The notes under the pieces were generated by a model. The model made no database searches and was not told where the DNA came from. It saw nothing but the letters and a program-made list of their open reading frames with translations. DNA of 59,534 nucleotides, counting the filler, from Dugesia japonica (Eukaryota), in NCBI GenBank assembly GCA_001938525.1. It is 6 parts of 6 records of this genome, joined end to end, with 100 filler letters (N's around TTAATTAATTAA, not from the genome) between each part and the next. Parts side by side here need not be neighbours in the genome. Positions count along the whole stretch, not along the records: positions 12,596 to 21,365 come from MQRL01635380.1; positions 21,466 to 31,882 come from MQRL01591074.1; 4 more parts are not named here. One strand, written 5' to 3'. This document shows positions 14,175 to 28,900 of the stretch, in pieces. A program made the translations under genes and the position numbers. How positions within the stretch are numbered: the first letter of the stretch is position 1; each line of letters starts with the position of its first letter.

Positions 14175-14350
14175 AAAATTGCAATTATTGTGAGAATAAC
14201 TGTTTGACGTAACCATTGATCGTTTTACAGAATTCATTAAAATAAAACGTTCTATCAAAATTTGTTTTTTTGTGTTTTTGAAAATAATTCTAATTTTCAT
14301 GAAAAAGTCAATTTCTGACGATGACAAAGTCGAAAATTAGAATTATTATG
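14175..14350. repeat. Dispersed repeat; diverged second copy at ~20322-20490
   Basis: Both sites share aattgcaattattg(t/c)gaga...attgatcgttt..cagaattcatt..aaaataaaa in the same orientation. Confidence 0.6.
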
Positions 14351-14535
14351 AAATTTTTTACTTTAGTCTCCTATTCTTTGTTTTTTCATACCTAGTCCTT
14401 TATATGACAAGTCTTTAGCCTTCTATACCCGATGAACGTTTTGCTTACTTCACCCATAAAGAAAGATTTAATAAATTTAATTTTAATTTAGATAAATTGT
14501 TTTATTTTTAAAAATCCATGTTTTTATGGGATAAA

Positions 14536-14569
<34 letters not shown>

Positions 14570-14989
14570 ATAACTTTAGCAGTCATCTTTTAGAAATGAA
14601 GACATGGTACCTTGGGATAAAGAAATTGATATTGGAATACCAAGTCAATTTGAAATTTTAATCAGAAACATTAGTACCCCTCGTTCAGATATATCCACAG
14701 ATAAAGTGAGAACTAATTATTAATTAATCTTTATATAATACATTTTAAACAGAGGTCAAATATTATTTTTTTTGATAAAACATTAAATACCATATACATT
14801 TTGGTATATTACCTAAAGATTTTCCTATGTTTGAATAAGTTATTATTAATAATTTCAATATTTTTAAAAGCGTCTAAAATTCATAATTTATGGCAATTAA
14901 ATTTGTTTTAAGGTTTTAAATTGATTTATATATTAAAATTTATTTCATTAAAGTTGCTATAATATTTAAAATATTTTACATGCACTATG

Positions 14990-15600
14990 AATCAATAAGA
15001 AATTTCCCTAAACCCTTTAGATCTTAAAGAGAAACTTATCAAGGAACAGCTTAAATCTTTAGGCTTTTATTATTTTCTTCCAGGAAATTATGCAAATATC
15101 ATCGTTTTCAAGTTTTAAAAAATAAACGAAATTTTAAATAAATAAAACAAATCAATTATTTATCAAATGAAAGATTTTCTCTATAAAATATAATGCTAAG
15201 ATTGCTTGTAGCATTTTAATCCAAGAATTAGACCTAACAGTTACCAAAACTTACAAAGTAAAGATATGGCTAGGATTATTTACAAATGCAAACATCAAAT
15301 AATTTAAGATTTCAAACATAAAAAAAGACTTAAAACTGTGAGCTCATGGAAACCAGATTGACGAAAGTCTATTTTCAGAAGAAATGGATATCATTTTGGA
15401 CGGATCCGAAGATTATTGTGAATATGAACTGAAATCAGATAGTTGTGTCAAAAACAATCGACATTACGAATGGAGTGGGTGGCAAATGTGTATTCTAAAT
15501 AGTTTGCTCTTATTCAGAATTATCAGGAGTATATTTAAATCAGACTATTGTCTAAAAATAATATAAAAAGATTGAAAAAATTGTGCTGTTTTGGTACCTT
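14990..15600 (+). mobile_element. Highly decayed Tc1-like transposase fragment
   Basis: LFSEEMDIILDGSEDY resembles the Tc1 block VIFSDEKKFNLDGPDG. Many stops. Confidence 0.45.
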
Positions 15601-15794
15601 TAAGCCTATTTTAAATTATATATGAAATTTTTTATAACATATTTTAATTTTTTTTTCAAAGCCGATTTTTAATTGTATAAGGAATTTTTTTTCTTGTCAG
15701 AGGGGGGTCTTCAATGAAAAATCAATGCGGGCAATGCGCCACTATCTACCTACCAAATTTAAAAGAGATTTGTATTTTGATATACTAGCTCAAG

Positions 15795-17760
15795 CAGTAG
15801 CGTAGGCAAGGGAAGGTTTAGGGGGTTAAACCCCCTCTTCATTTTTTCATGCGACTTAAAGATTTCAAACTGAATATTTGAATATATTTGTGTGTTAATT
15901 GACTATTTGACATTCGAATATTTGGAAAAAATAAAATTGGTGAAGCCACATATAGTACCTGTAACGCAAACGTAGGGTGTCGAAGTTCAACCACACTTAT
16001 GATTAATCATTTGAAGTTACGACACAACATATTTATATCTAAATCTGTATTAAGTGAAAATTATGAATAAAATAATGATCTGCAGATAAAGCCAAAAATT
16101 GAACTAAGTACTATTTTGAACTTTGTAAAAAAAACAGTCTTTAAATGAAATATTGTCAAAAGTCGCAGCAGTTGATGCAACAAAAAGGTTAAAAAAATGG
16201 CAAAAAGTCCAACAACTATTTCAAAATGTATCATCAGTTTCTATAAAAGAAAATTGTATTGAACTACGAAATAAATTTGAAAAATCTAAAAAGCAAATCG
16301 TAAATTTGCTATTACTGTGGATGAATGGATAGATTGCACCATCTTACGTTATGTAAACGTAACAGTTCCTAGAGTTTGAATGGAATCAAATAAAGTTTAA
16401 TACTATCTACTGGGTTTAAATAGGAAAATGAAGAAACTATTTAACTTTCATTTGAAGCTTAGCTAGCAAACTTTAGCATTTCTTTAAAAACCAATGTAGT
16501 TCCATCAACTAACGACGCGTCAGCTGTAATGAAAAAATACTGGAAAATATTAGATATTTTTTATCAGCTTTGCCATCATCATGGACTCGATTTAGCCGTA
16601 ATGGACTGTTTTATATACAAATAAATTCTACTCCTAATGAAGCTTTGGACTTGGACAATATCAAAAATTTTGTTGATGATAAAACTGAAGATGATGTAGA
16701 AGAAGATTTCAGAGAAGATCTGTATTCGGATAACCATTTAAAGTTAGTTAAAGAAAATAAAGATTTTATGACATTGAGTATTGATTTTGGTCAAATTATT
16801 AACAGGTTAATAAGAATGTTTAAAAAAAGCAATTTATTTTGAAACAAAATATAGTTCAAAAAATAGGGAAAAACTGAAGTTGAAATTAGACATCAAAACA
16901 AGATGGAATTCTTTGATTGTAATAATTCGACGATTTTTTTATCAAGTTCCAGCGATTATTTTCAATATTCTTCAAAAAATGCAGCAATTTTATTACACCT
17001 GTCTGTACTCTCAGTACAGTATAATTATTAATTTTTTTCTGATGTCCCATACGTTGTCTCCATACTTTAAAGAATCAGATAAGACGTCATTATTAAATAC
17101 TTTGCGTCTTTGTTATTTTATGTTAGTAAACAAAAACAAAAATTTTAAAAAAAACTTCAACCCCCCCCNNNNNNNNNNNNNNNNNNNNNNNNNNNNNNNN
17201 NNNNNNNNNNNNNNNNNNTTGGACAATATCAAACATTTTGTTGATGATAAAACTGAAGATGATGTAGAAGAATATTTCAGAGAAGATCTGTATTTGAATA
17301 ACCATTTGAAGTTAGTTAAAGAAAATAAAGATTTTATGACATTGAGTATTGATTTTGGTCAAATTATTAACAGGTTAATAAGAATGTTTAAAAAAAGCAA
17401 TTTATTTTGCAACGAAATATAGTTCAAAAAATAGGGAAAAACTGAAGTTAAAATCGTACATCAAAACAAGATGCAATTCTTTGATTGTAATTATTCGACG
17501 ATTTTTTTATCAGGTTCCAGCGATTATTTTCAATATTCTTCAAAAAATGCTGCAATTTTATTACACCTGTCTTTACTCTCAGTACAGTATAATTATTAAT
17601 TTTTTTCTGATGTCCCATACGTTGTCTCCGTACTTTCAAAAATCAGATAAGACGTCATTATTAAATACTTTGCGTCTTTGTTATTTTATGTTAGTAAACC
17701 AAAACAAAAATTTAAAAAAAACTTCAACCCCCCCTTCATATATTCCTGGCTACTCTACTG
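15795..17760 (+). mobile_element. hAT DNA transposon (non-autonomous) with TIRs and 8-bp TSD
   Basis: Left end CAGTAGCGTAGGCAAGG; right end (rc) CAGTAGAGTAGCCAGG. Flanks AGCTCAAG / AGCTCATG. BED-finger remnant (..SSTTLMINHLKLRHNI), ITVDEW and LDIKTRWNS motifs. Confidence 0.9.
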
Positions 17761-20700
17761 AGCTCATGACATTAGTTACCAAGGAATCCTTTTTAAATGT
17801 AATTGAATACTTTTGGTAGATTATATAAAATGACATGAACAATAGTTGAATCTGTATTGACTGAAGAATACTGCATATTCCTGTTGAAAAGAAAATTTGA
17901 CAAAGCGATAGCCGAAAAGGTCAAAACGGCAGAAAATATAAATTTTGAACGAACAAACAGGCCCTTTTTTGGGGCACAAATGTTGGTTCTTAAAGAAAAT
18001 GACTTAGAAATAAACTTTTGAATGGAAAAACCGATTCTCTTTATCTTTGTTTCTTTATTTTTCTTAAAAGTGATTAATTATAAGAAAACCACTGCTAGGA
18101 TGCATATATACGCGAAATTTAAAATTTTCTATTAGCTGATTGGTTCTGGATTGCACAAATATAAATAATTGTAACACAAGTGCAAAACGTCTGCAATATG
18201 CATACAGCACAAGTCGAACCTAAAATCACGTAACTGATGATTTCTAGACTGCTTAGAGCATAAAAATTCATATATAATTAGCTTTTGCGACATGATTTCA
18301 TCAATCATGTAACCACATACATGTATCAAGACACATAAAGACTGTTCGAACAAAAAATATTAAGACTACCCTAACAAAAGTTTTAGGACTGCCTGAACAT
18401 TTATATGTAAAAGAACTGCCATACATTCAATTGAAAAAATGAATATGACATATATAAATTTATTCTTGCTTGAAAGTAATGCCTTTGATGGCGTCACTGA
18501 GGCCCATCATCTCTTGTAAAACTCTTTCCTCCTCTTCTTTTTTCAAGTTGATCTTCTAACTCTCTTTTTAATTCTTAAAAATTATCCTATGCCTGCTTTC
18601 GATCGGTAAGCGATATGACACATATTGAAGCAAGGTGCCACAGTCTTTGTATGCTTGGTCGCCCTGCTCTTTGAGACCGTGAATTTTATCTGTTCTATTC
18701 TAGATTTGCATGCTTGCTATACCTAGATCCTGCTTTGATGTCAGCACAGTTCAGTTCCATAAATTGCTTTTGTGCTAAGAGTATTTTTTGTACTTCGCTC
18801 CACTCGAGGAAGTAATTGCTGTCGACGTTGATGTATGACCAATTGTACTCATTTACCCTCATCTTCCCATGAACTTATTTTAATAAACTCAACTAGAATT
18901 AATAAACATTAAATCAAAAATGATTATTGCGGTTGTTTAGATCGAACTAAAACACAACTAAAAAACCAAATTTAATAAAACTTGTCTTTTTGGCCCGTGG
19001 CCTAGCGTGTCCAGTTTCACACTCCTAGAGTTTGAGCGAGAGATGATGAAAATATTTCGTTATCTTTTCTTGCTCGAACTCCTTAAAGAGTTCCTTAAAT
19101 AATATAAATGAAATATTAACCCAATATCCATTTCTATTAAATGAATTTTCGACCAATATTCAACTACATTTGATCATTTCTATCACCTTTTTAAATTAAT
19201 CAAAGAAGTGACTTTTATTAATTTTGCTTCTCTGTCTGGCAAATGAGTGACAGCAAATTTGGCTTTCCAAATTTGCGTTGGCACTATGGTAAGTGCTTTA
19301 TTTCGTTTTACATTAACCAATGATTCATTGCTTTGTTATAAATTTGGAAAAACATTTATTTAATTACTGAGTGCTTGGGCCAGCTAATTGGCACTATTTT
19401 TATTATAATATAAGTAGTCTTATTCTCATAATAATTTTGAATAATTATGTAAAAAAAAATTTAAAATTTCATTTATATAAATTATGGGCCCTCAATGACA
19501 CAATTTTTGTTTTATTTTCTTCATAATAATAATACCATAATAATAACAATAATAATTGGTTGTCACGGCCCAGCATTCGCTCTTTTCTCTCACATTATAT
19601 TCAACAAATTTTCTCGTTTTGTTATTCTCATTTTCGTACTCCAATTTCATTTTTAATCATTTATAATATTTCATTATCTTCTCGTACTCTGTCCTTATTT
19701 ATTTATGTTTCTTTACCCATCCGGCTCGGGAGTTCTAGCCCAACAAAAAGCTTATTTTGTGAACTTTTGATTTATTTCTACTAAATTTCTTTCATTTTTA
19801 GGATTTCCGTTTTTAAATGTTTTTTAAAAATGAGCTGTTTTTTCAAATTTAAAAAATGATTTAAAAAAGATTAATAGAAATCAGAAAATTATGCTTCAAT
19901 TCTGATAATTTTGATGATCTACCGACTATTGTGTTGCAAATTGTGATTGATTTTTAAAATTTATTTAAAAAAAATATTTTCTGTCTTAAATATCCAAAAG
20001 CCCTGAAAACCCTGTGTTCGGAGAGTTTGGAAAACTCATCGAATCATTAACATCAGAATTTAACTTAATATAAATTTATTAAAATAAAAACAAACACATC
20101 AAACAAATGAAAATCCAATGTTTTAATTGGTGATCTTTTTTCTAAAATTAAAAATCGAAACTTGTAGTTATTAAAATTAATTTAATTTAATTCACTTATA
20201 AGCATTTCATTTACAATTTACGACAAAATTTCCGCTCACTTTTAAAATTTTATTCATTAAAAAGTTTAATTTATTATTCAATAATTTTAATTTATCCTTA
20301 AACCAAATATTTGTTTGTTTTACAATTGCAATTATTGCGAGACAATTGTTGGACATAATAATTGATCGTTTTTCAGAATTCATTTAAAATAAAAGCATTA
20401 AAATAAAAAATTTTGATTTTTTATTGATTTTTGTAAAAAGTAAATTCCTGAAGAAGAAGACACGGTTGAAATATCAAATTGTTATAAAATATCAATAAAA
20501 AAACAAAACTTTTGATCGAAGCTTTTATTTTAAATAAAATATTTGTTTATTTAAATAATAAGGGCTTGCTATATTATGAGCTAATAGAACCCGGTTAAAC
20601 AGTTATTGAAACAGTAAATCATTAAGATGACCAATTAATCCGATTGAGTCACATTTGGAGCTGAAACGCCCAAACCTCAAGTCATTATCATTTGTTAAGA

Positions 20701-22319
20701 GCGATAAAATAAGCCTTGTGCGATAAAATCAATACATATCAGCTAAAATGGCTTGATAACTTAATTGAGTCTAAACAGGCAGATTCTTTTCGAGATTGAA
20801 TTAATCAACTGTTGTAAGATGACTTAAAGTTATCACTAACATTGATAATTTAGCGGTTACTTTAAATGAAATTTTGTGGCACTTTTTTATTAATAAATTT
20901 TGAAGTTTGCTGGAAAATTTGAATTATTTATTTATAGGCGTAGTACATTAATAAAATTACACAAATACCTCACTTTGCGACGAAAAAAAATCGGCTAATA
21001 GTTTTGCGCCGTTTTCGATGTCGTTAAAAATAACCAAACTATAACTGAAATCTTATATAAATATAAATAATTTTTTTTNNNNNNNNNNNNNNNNNNNNNN
21101 NNNNNNNNNTTAATGTCTAAATGTCAAACAACAAAATTATATAAAAATGTAAATCCAAAATATGCATGTAAAGTTCATTTTGATTTTTGTTAACAATTAT
21201 GTGTAAGAATTTGCATCACTTGAATTCAGTTTGATAAAAGTTTTGTAAACGAAAGCTTTGTTTTTAAAAATCGAAAAAATGTTGCATCGTCCAATCAAAA
21301 ATTTCCAATAACGCTAGATTTTGATTTTTCATAAATATATGATTTTTATTTAATTTGAGGAAAATNNNNNNNNNNNNNNNNNNNNNNNNNNNNNNNNNNN
21401 NNNNNNNNNTTAATTAATTAANNNNNNNNNNNNNNNNNNNNNNNNNNNNNNNNNNNNNNNNNNNNAATTATTGAACGATATATGAAAATAGAAGAACATT
21501 GTTTTGATCTTTGCATTTGGAAATAAATTTTAAATAACGAAATTTGGTTTTTCATAATATTTGTTTAATATAAGATCAATGGTAAAGTTAATTTTTATGA
21601 AATTAAATTATAAAAAAAAATTTTAAAATTAAAATTTGTACAAAGAAATTTAATAATAATAATTATTATAATTATAATATTTATTAGGTATTTTTCAGCG
21701 AGGAAACAGAAAATAGGATCATTATACATACGATCGAGACAACAACACGCAAAAACATTCAAAATATGTTAATACAGCAGATGATGAATAAATATGTTAT
21801 CCGCGTATTTCAGAATAACTACGTAATGTATTGAAATTTTATGAATTTCAAATCTCTTTATTCTAGAAGTCGGCAACCTTTTTTATTTGATGGGCATTAT
21901 TTAATACGGCCCTTATTTGGTAGACACCTTTAGATTTAAAAATTTATTTGAAAATGAAATTGTTGTTAAGTTGCTTTTTTATTAGTTGTTAAATTTTTAT
22001 GTTAACTTTGAAAAAGATGAGAAAAAATAATTTAATAAAAATATTTTTAGAAACTATTCATTTTAATCAAGCGCATTTATTTTCAACAACGTATTTAAAT
22101 TAAAATACTTATAATTAGGCATTTGGCACCGTGTTATCGACATTTTATTTATTTCAAGTCAATAATTTTTATAGTATTCATATATAAACTAAATTATAAG
22201 TTATACTATTAAATTATTCATTGATATAAACCTACAATAGTAAAATTGATACAATTATCAAAACAAAAAGTTATTTATCGGTAAAATGATGATAATAATG
22301 AATAAATCGTCCATAAATA

Positions 22320-22896
22320 CCAACATTTCTTGAAATTGCTTCAATGAATCTAATTCTGGAATTTTACATGACCTGTCACTTTTTTCCTTTGGAACGGATT
22401 CTCCAACTAAATAATTTACGTCTAATTTGCCCATATCGAATGTTCGGTATTTGGCTAAATATACCGATAAAGAATTTCTTCTAGGCCTATTCATTAATAA
22501 TTTTCCTATTTTTCACATAAAAAATAGTTTTTAAATCTTGAAAACAAAACCATTAGAAAAGCCTTTGTAAGAATATGAATGTAATGTATCTTTATTCATA
22601 ATAGGTTGAATCAATTGCTGATTTTTGATTGGGGGAATATATGGCAAATCTTCTTGTTGAAAAATATCTATGTTGTTTTCGCGAAAACTTTGAGAACCAA
22701 TTTGTCCATTATAATATCGTGCTGCTAGAGGAGTTCTGATGCGTGTATTTTCATGTACGTCTTTCAGTATACTCTATTAAAGAAATATATATTTTTACAA
22801 TATATAAAAGATAACAAAGAAAAAATATCATTACTTTTTTGATCATTATAATTTTGTGAATTTAGTAACAGAGTATTTATAGAAATGGAAACAATA

Positions 22897-22931
<35 letters not shown>

Positions 22932-25900
22932 NNNNNNNNNNNNNNNNNNNNNNNNNNNNNNNNNNNNNNNNNNNNNNNNNNATTATTATTATTATTATTA
23001 TTTATTATTATTTTTATTTTATTATTAATATTTATTAATATTATTATTTTTATTATTATTATTATTATAACCATCAAAATTGAATGTGTAAAAAATACAC
23101 ACACACACATCACTCTTTGAAATATACAAAGGTAAATATAGAAATATTAGTCATATCTATCATTCCAACCTTTTAAAGTGTTTTAACCATTCAATATTTA
23201 TTATTATATTTTACCATTAATTAGTTCTAATTTAAAACTCCTATCATGTATTTTCTCTAAAATTATTGCTGGTCCTTCATATCTGTTTTCATTTTTATGC
23301 GAACTTTCTCTTTTAATTAAAACTTCATCACCAATATTAAATTTTCTAATTGTATTATTTTTGGAATTTTTATAATTATTTAAATTACTTATAATTCTTT
23401 TACACTTTAGATTTTTTTCATTTAAATTATTTTGATTATTCTTAAAAATCCATTCTTTGTATAAGTATTTCCCAAAAACTATTTCAGCTGGATATACATT
23501 CGTCGTTATCTAAATTGTGGTGTTGATCATAAATTACATCCTGCATTTTCTTATCCTTAGTATCAGTTGGAAATTAATGTGACCTTGAGGTTTTGTTAAT
23601 GTATTAAAGTGTAAATAATAAATATATTTTCAAATTTTAGATGTCTGTTATTACTGATTTAACTGGCGACCACTGCCATGTCAATTCAATAGCAAGAAAT
23701 CAAGCAGTAGAAGCACAAAGAATTTATGATGCCTTATCAAAAGAATTGCGAGAACTGTTATTTCCAAGAATAACAAAATTCTCAGGAAATTATGATGAAA
23801 ACCCAATTGCGTGATTGAAAGGAATCGAAACGTTCTTAGCTACAAATAACTTCGTCTGCATGTCAACTTTTGATTTTTTATTAGATGTCAACGCTAAGGA
23901 TTTATGGCTAGCTTGCAAATCATGAACCAAAATGGACAACAAATCAATAAGAGATTAAAGTTCGTTAAAGATAAATCATTTTTACGAATGATTGAAGATT
24001 TCAGTATAATCAGTCAAAAGACTGATGAAATATATGAAAACTTTGAATTACGAGTTACAAGAGCTCTGAAGGAAATATTTGAATTTGGATTAACAATAGA
24101 AAAAATTGTGAAGCAAGTAATTCAGATAAGAGTAAAATTTCAAGATTTAAAAAAAGAATTTACAGCGTGGTTAAAGTAAATCGTAGTGGTGTANAGATTT
24201 TATGGGACATAGGAGCATCGATTTCAGTAATGGATATGAATGCTTGCAAAGGATGTGGTTCGTTTCCATTGGGAAATTCAGAGATAAAATTGAGTGGAGC
24301 ATTTTTGAAGGAAGCCGTTAAATACTTAGTCGTCTGAAAAGTGAAAATTGAGTACCATAATATGAACGAAACTGTCAATTTTGAGGCAGTACAGAGTATA
24401 AGCCCAGAGTTCATTGGTGGAAAAGACATGTTCAAAGTTTTTAATATTCAATTAAAGATGATTGGATTAATCGAATAAAATAATGTAATGTGTGATGTTT
24501 CTGATGACGATCACTATAGACGTTTTCAAAACAAGAGATGACACCTTGGAACAAATTGTTAACGCTTTTTGCCTCGATATTCATGGTGCATACGTTTGAC
24601 CAGGGTAAATACATTTATTTAAACACCCTATCCAAACAACGGAAAATCTGTCTTAAAACAGCCAAGACGATAACCGATGAATCTAGAAGGCCAGATTGAT
24701 GAGATGATTAATACACTCGTCAAAAGTGGCATTATAAAAGAATGAAGTAGCCCATGAAACTCACTTAATGTGATAGTTAACAAAAAAAATGGAAGTTTTC
24801 GTTTCCTATGTCAGATCATCAAATGCTATTCGATCCTTTTAGTAAGTGTACCATATTCTCAACTCTAGATATAGGCCAAGCGTATTATCAAGTCGAACTA
24901 GAAGAGAAGGATAAAATAAAAACCGTTTTTTTACAAAAAAAGACCAGTACTGCTATAATCGCATGTCATTTGACCTATCAATCGCTCCAGCTACATTTCA
25001 AAAGTTAATGCATTCAATTTTGTCAGATATTCTATTTAAAGGCGTTGTAGTTTATATTATATCAGATTTATTATATATTATATCGCATTCTATCAGACGT
25101 ATATCAAAGAATTCAAGCATTTTGTCTTAAAGAAAATCCAGCCAAATGTAAACTTTATCAAGAGGAGCTTGTGTTTTTGGGTCATACAATAAACAAATTT
25201 GGATTAAAACCAAATTCGCAAAATGTCAAGGAGATTGATAATGCTGGAATTCCAAAATGTACTAAACAATTGCGATCTTTTCTTGGAATGGCCAACTATT
25301 TTAGGAAATTTAGAAAGAATTCTTTGCAACTTGCTGCTACAGAAGGTCAAAAGCACGAAATAATATAGAAAAATGAATACAAGACGAGTTTTGGGAAAAT
25401 CAAGGAAGCTCTTTGTAATTCTTTAGTATTGGGGTATCCTAATTCAGAAGGTCAATTTATTCTGGATACTGATGCCAGTTTTTCGGGAATTTGTGCTGTA
25501 CTGAACCAATCACAAAACGCTATAGAAGTCGTTATAGTATATGGATCAAGGTTGTTGAACGCACATGAAAAAGGATATTGTGTAGCCCGGAAGGAGTTAT
25601 TAGCTCTTTATGAATTTATTCGACATTTTCAGCATTATCTTTACTGAAAATGTTTTGTCGCAAGTTTATAAAGAATTCGAAAAAACCAATTACACCGCAG
25701 TTTCAGACTTGGTTAAACGAGCTATCAAAATATGATTTTGTATTTAAGTATAAATAAGGGGAACATCATTCCAATGCTGATGGTATGTCAAGACTGACGT
25801 CTAGTTATTATTCATAAGGCCAGACCAAACATAAGAATGCCAAGTCTAAATTTTCTAAGGCGAAATATTTAAATGTTATGAACATTTTCAGAAGTGATTC

Positions 25901-28900
25901 GCACAATTACATATAGGAAATTAAAAGAGACGAATTATTTAAGGAAATCAAAATTTATTTGATTGACAAATTTGTTAAATTATTAGAAACATTAAAAACT
26001 TCCCAGAGTTTTAAATATTTAGATAGGTTTTTAATTCAAGACGATATGCTGTTAATTGAGTCAAATGATGAGCAAAAGATAGTTGTTTCTAATGCGTGAC
26101 TGATTTNGTGAACAAAATTCATAGAGATTTATGTCATGTTGGAATAAAGAAAACAACAAAATATGTATCTGATTATTTCTTATGGCCGAATATGATTACG
26201 GATATTTAGAATGCTATCAGAGAATGCCATTCTTTTGTACAGGAGGTTTAGTAATGAAAAAGTTAAGGAAAGATTTATATCAAGATACGCAGCCAACCCA
26301 ATGAAACAAATTTTGATAGATGTTGCATATATGGATAACAGTAAATCCAACAAAAAATACACGATAGTCATAATTGATCAGTTCAGTAAGTTAGTTAGTC
26401 TTTATGCAACCACAAATCAAAACGAAAACACTTTCAAACGTGCATTGTTAAAAAACTGGATTTACCAATATGGAAAACCTAAACGTATTGTTTCTGATTG
26501 AGGAGCAGTGTTTGAAAGAAAGGTTTTACAAGAGTTTGCTTCAAGATTTCATATTTCGTGTATATTTACATCACCCTATGAGCATAAGTCAAATGGTTTA
26601 GCAGAACTCGTAATTAGAACTGTCAGAGATAAGATATTACCATCTTTGAAATCGGGAGTAGAGGAGAAGTGTTGGGATTAATTTCTTCCAAAAGTTGAGT
26701 TTTTATTTAGTTGCACGATATCAAGGACGACATGATTCTCTTATTATTCATTCAACGAAAGAATTCAAGATTAACCGTAAAGAAATTCTGGAAAAGGCCG
26801 AAAGTAACTTGAGCAAAGCTTCGAAAAAAATGATGAATCAAAAAGGAAACCGAGTTGAAAGGGAATTTAAAGTTGGAGATAAAGTTCTGGTAAAGAGAGA
26901 TCCGGCAAAACGAAAGAAAAACGATTATATATATGATGGGCTTTTCGAATTTATGGAATTCATATTACCTCATAAAGTAAGATTGCAGAATTCAGAAGGT
27001 GTGAAATACCTACATATATAATGGCTGAAAAGGTATTAAGGTGTCCGTTTTTTTCGTTTTTTTACATTTTCAAGCAAAATAAATCATTCAATTTTTTATA
27101 ATTTCTATCATTTACAACCAACAAACATTCACAAACATTCACATTACACATTAGTGCTCAAAATATTATTATCTGACCTAGATTTATTGCTCCAACTGCT
27201 TTTTCCTCATCAGAGCTTTGGCATTTCTTAAGGTATTTCTTTGATCTACTTGGACAGATATCATAATCATCAGCATCATCATAAGCATTCATTTGAAATT
27301 TTCGTGGCTTGTTATGTATTTCTCTTCTTTCTGCTCTTATAGGATAAATTATATGGCAAGAAAATCGGAAATTACTTAGATTTTTACAATGCGACCATTT
27401 AGCATTAGAGAGTATGTGACCTTCTTTTTTACATGCTCAACATTTTTCACTTTAAAAAATTGAACATTGGATGCATAATTCCCTCTCATAAATTTTCCGA
27501 TATTTCTTCGATATATTTTAGAATAAATTTTGTTTACATAATTTTTACTTTGATTTAAATTTTCATTGTATCTTGGTTTATTAAATGTATTATTTGAATT
27601 TGGAATTTCACGTGCGACTGTTGCATAGATGACTTTTTTCTTCAATGCTTTTTCCATATTCTGGTTGCATTTCCATTTTTAATCCATCAATTTTAATAAT
27701 AACTTCTTTCATTTTGTCAACATCTTCTGCAAAGACTGTCTGAAAAGCTTTAAGCCCGACCCATTTCCAAATATTTTTTTGGTTTCTTGTTAACAGCTTA
27801 TTAAAATGCATTCTTTATTTAGTATTAATAAATCGATTATTATATTTTTATCATTTAATCAATAGGATTATTTTTTTTAGTAAATGACTTCAGATGAATT
27901 AAAAAGTTCTGAAAAAGTTGAATATCGGGCGGTCATAAAATATCTTTTTTTAAAGGACCTAAGCCCAAAAGAAATTTATGAAGACATGAGCAGAACATTA
28001 AAGAATACATGCCCGTCATATGCAACAGTGAAATATTGTGTATCATGATTTGAGAGAGGCAAAACAAGCATCTAAAATGAGCCTAAGTATAAACTATCAA
28101 TTTCTGCATAAACTCAGGAGAACATTGAAAAAGTACACGAAATGATTCTTGAAAATCGTCGAATTTCAATCAAAATTATTGCTGAGACCTTAAAACTATG
28201 CAAAATACGTGTTGGTAAAATTATTCACGAAGATTTGGATATGAATAAGCTTTCTGCAAAATGGATCCCTAAATGCGTGAATTCTGATCAAAAGCAAAGA
28301 CTAGTGCAGAGTTCAAAGGTGATTTTTTCACATTTTGGAAGTGATAAAAGTAAATTTATTAATCAAATTCTAACCTTCGATGAAACATGGTTGCATTTCT
28401 TTGATTCAGAAATCAAGCATCAAACCATGGAGTGGAGGCATTCCGGATCGTCCTGATCCAAAAATTCTTTAAGACAAAAGTCTGCAGAAAAAGGTTTAGC
28501 CACTGTTTTCTGGGATTGCAAAGGCATTGTGATGATAGACTTTAGAAAAAGGCTCAACGATAAATTTTGAATATTATTCATTTTTATTGGTCAAAGTTAA
28601 AGAAAAATTAAAACAAAAACGATCTGGAAAGTTAAGTAATGGTATTCAATTTTTGCAGGACAATGCACTTGCACACACCTCCTTATAGACATTAAATACA
28701 ATTCAAGATAATGGTTTCCAAGTTTTAGAACACCTAGCTTATTCTCCGGATTTGGCTCCGTTCGAATATTTTTTGTTTTTATATTTGAAAAACATGTTGA
28801 AAGGAAAGCATTGTGAAGCAAACAGTAATATCATCGATACTACAAAGGCACGGTTTAAAGACCAATCTGCAGACTTCAACTTTGAAGGCATAGCTTCATT

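Noticed and set aside
16650-17735. ~520-bp internal duplication in the hAT element
   Set aside because: Straddles an N gap. The few differences are compatible with two alleles or copies scaffolded in tandem, so it cannot be called biological.
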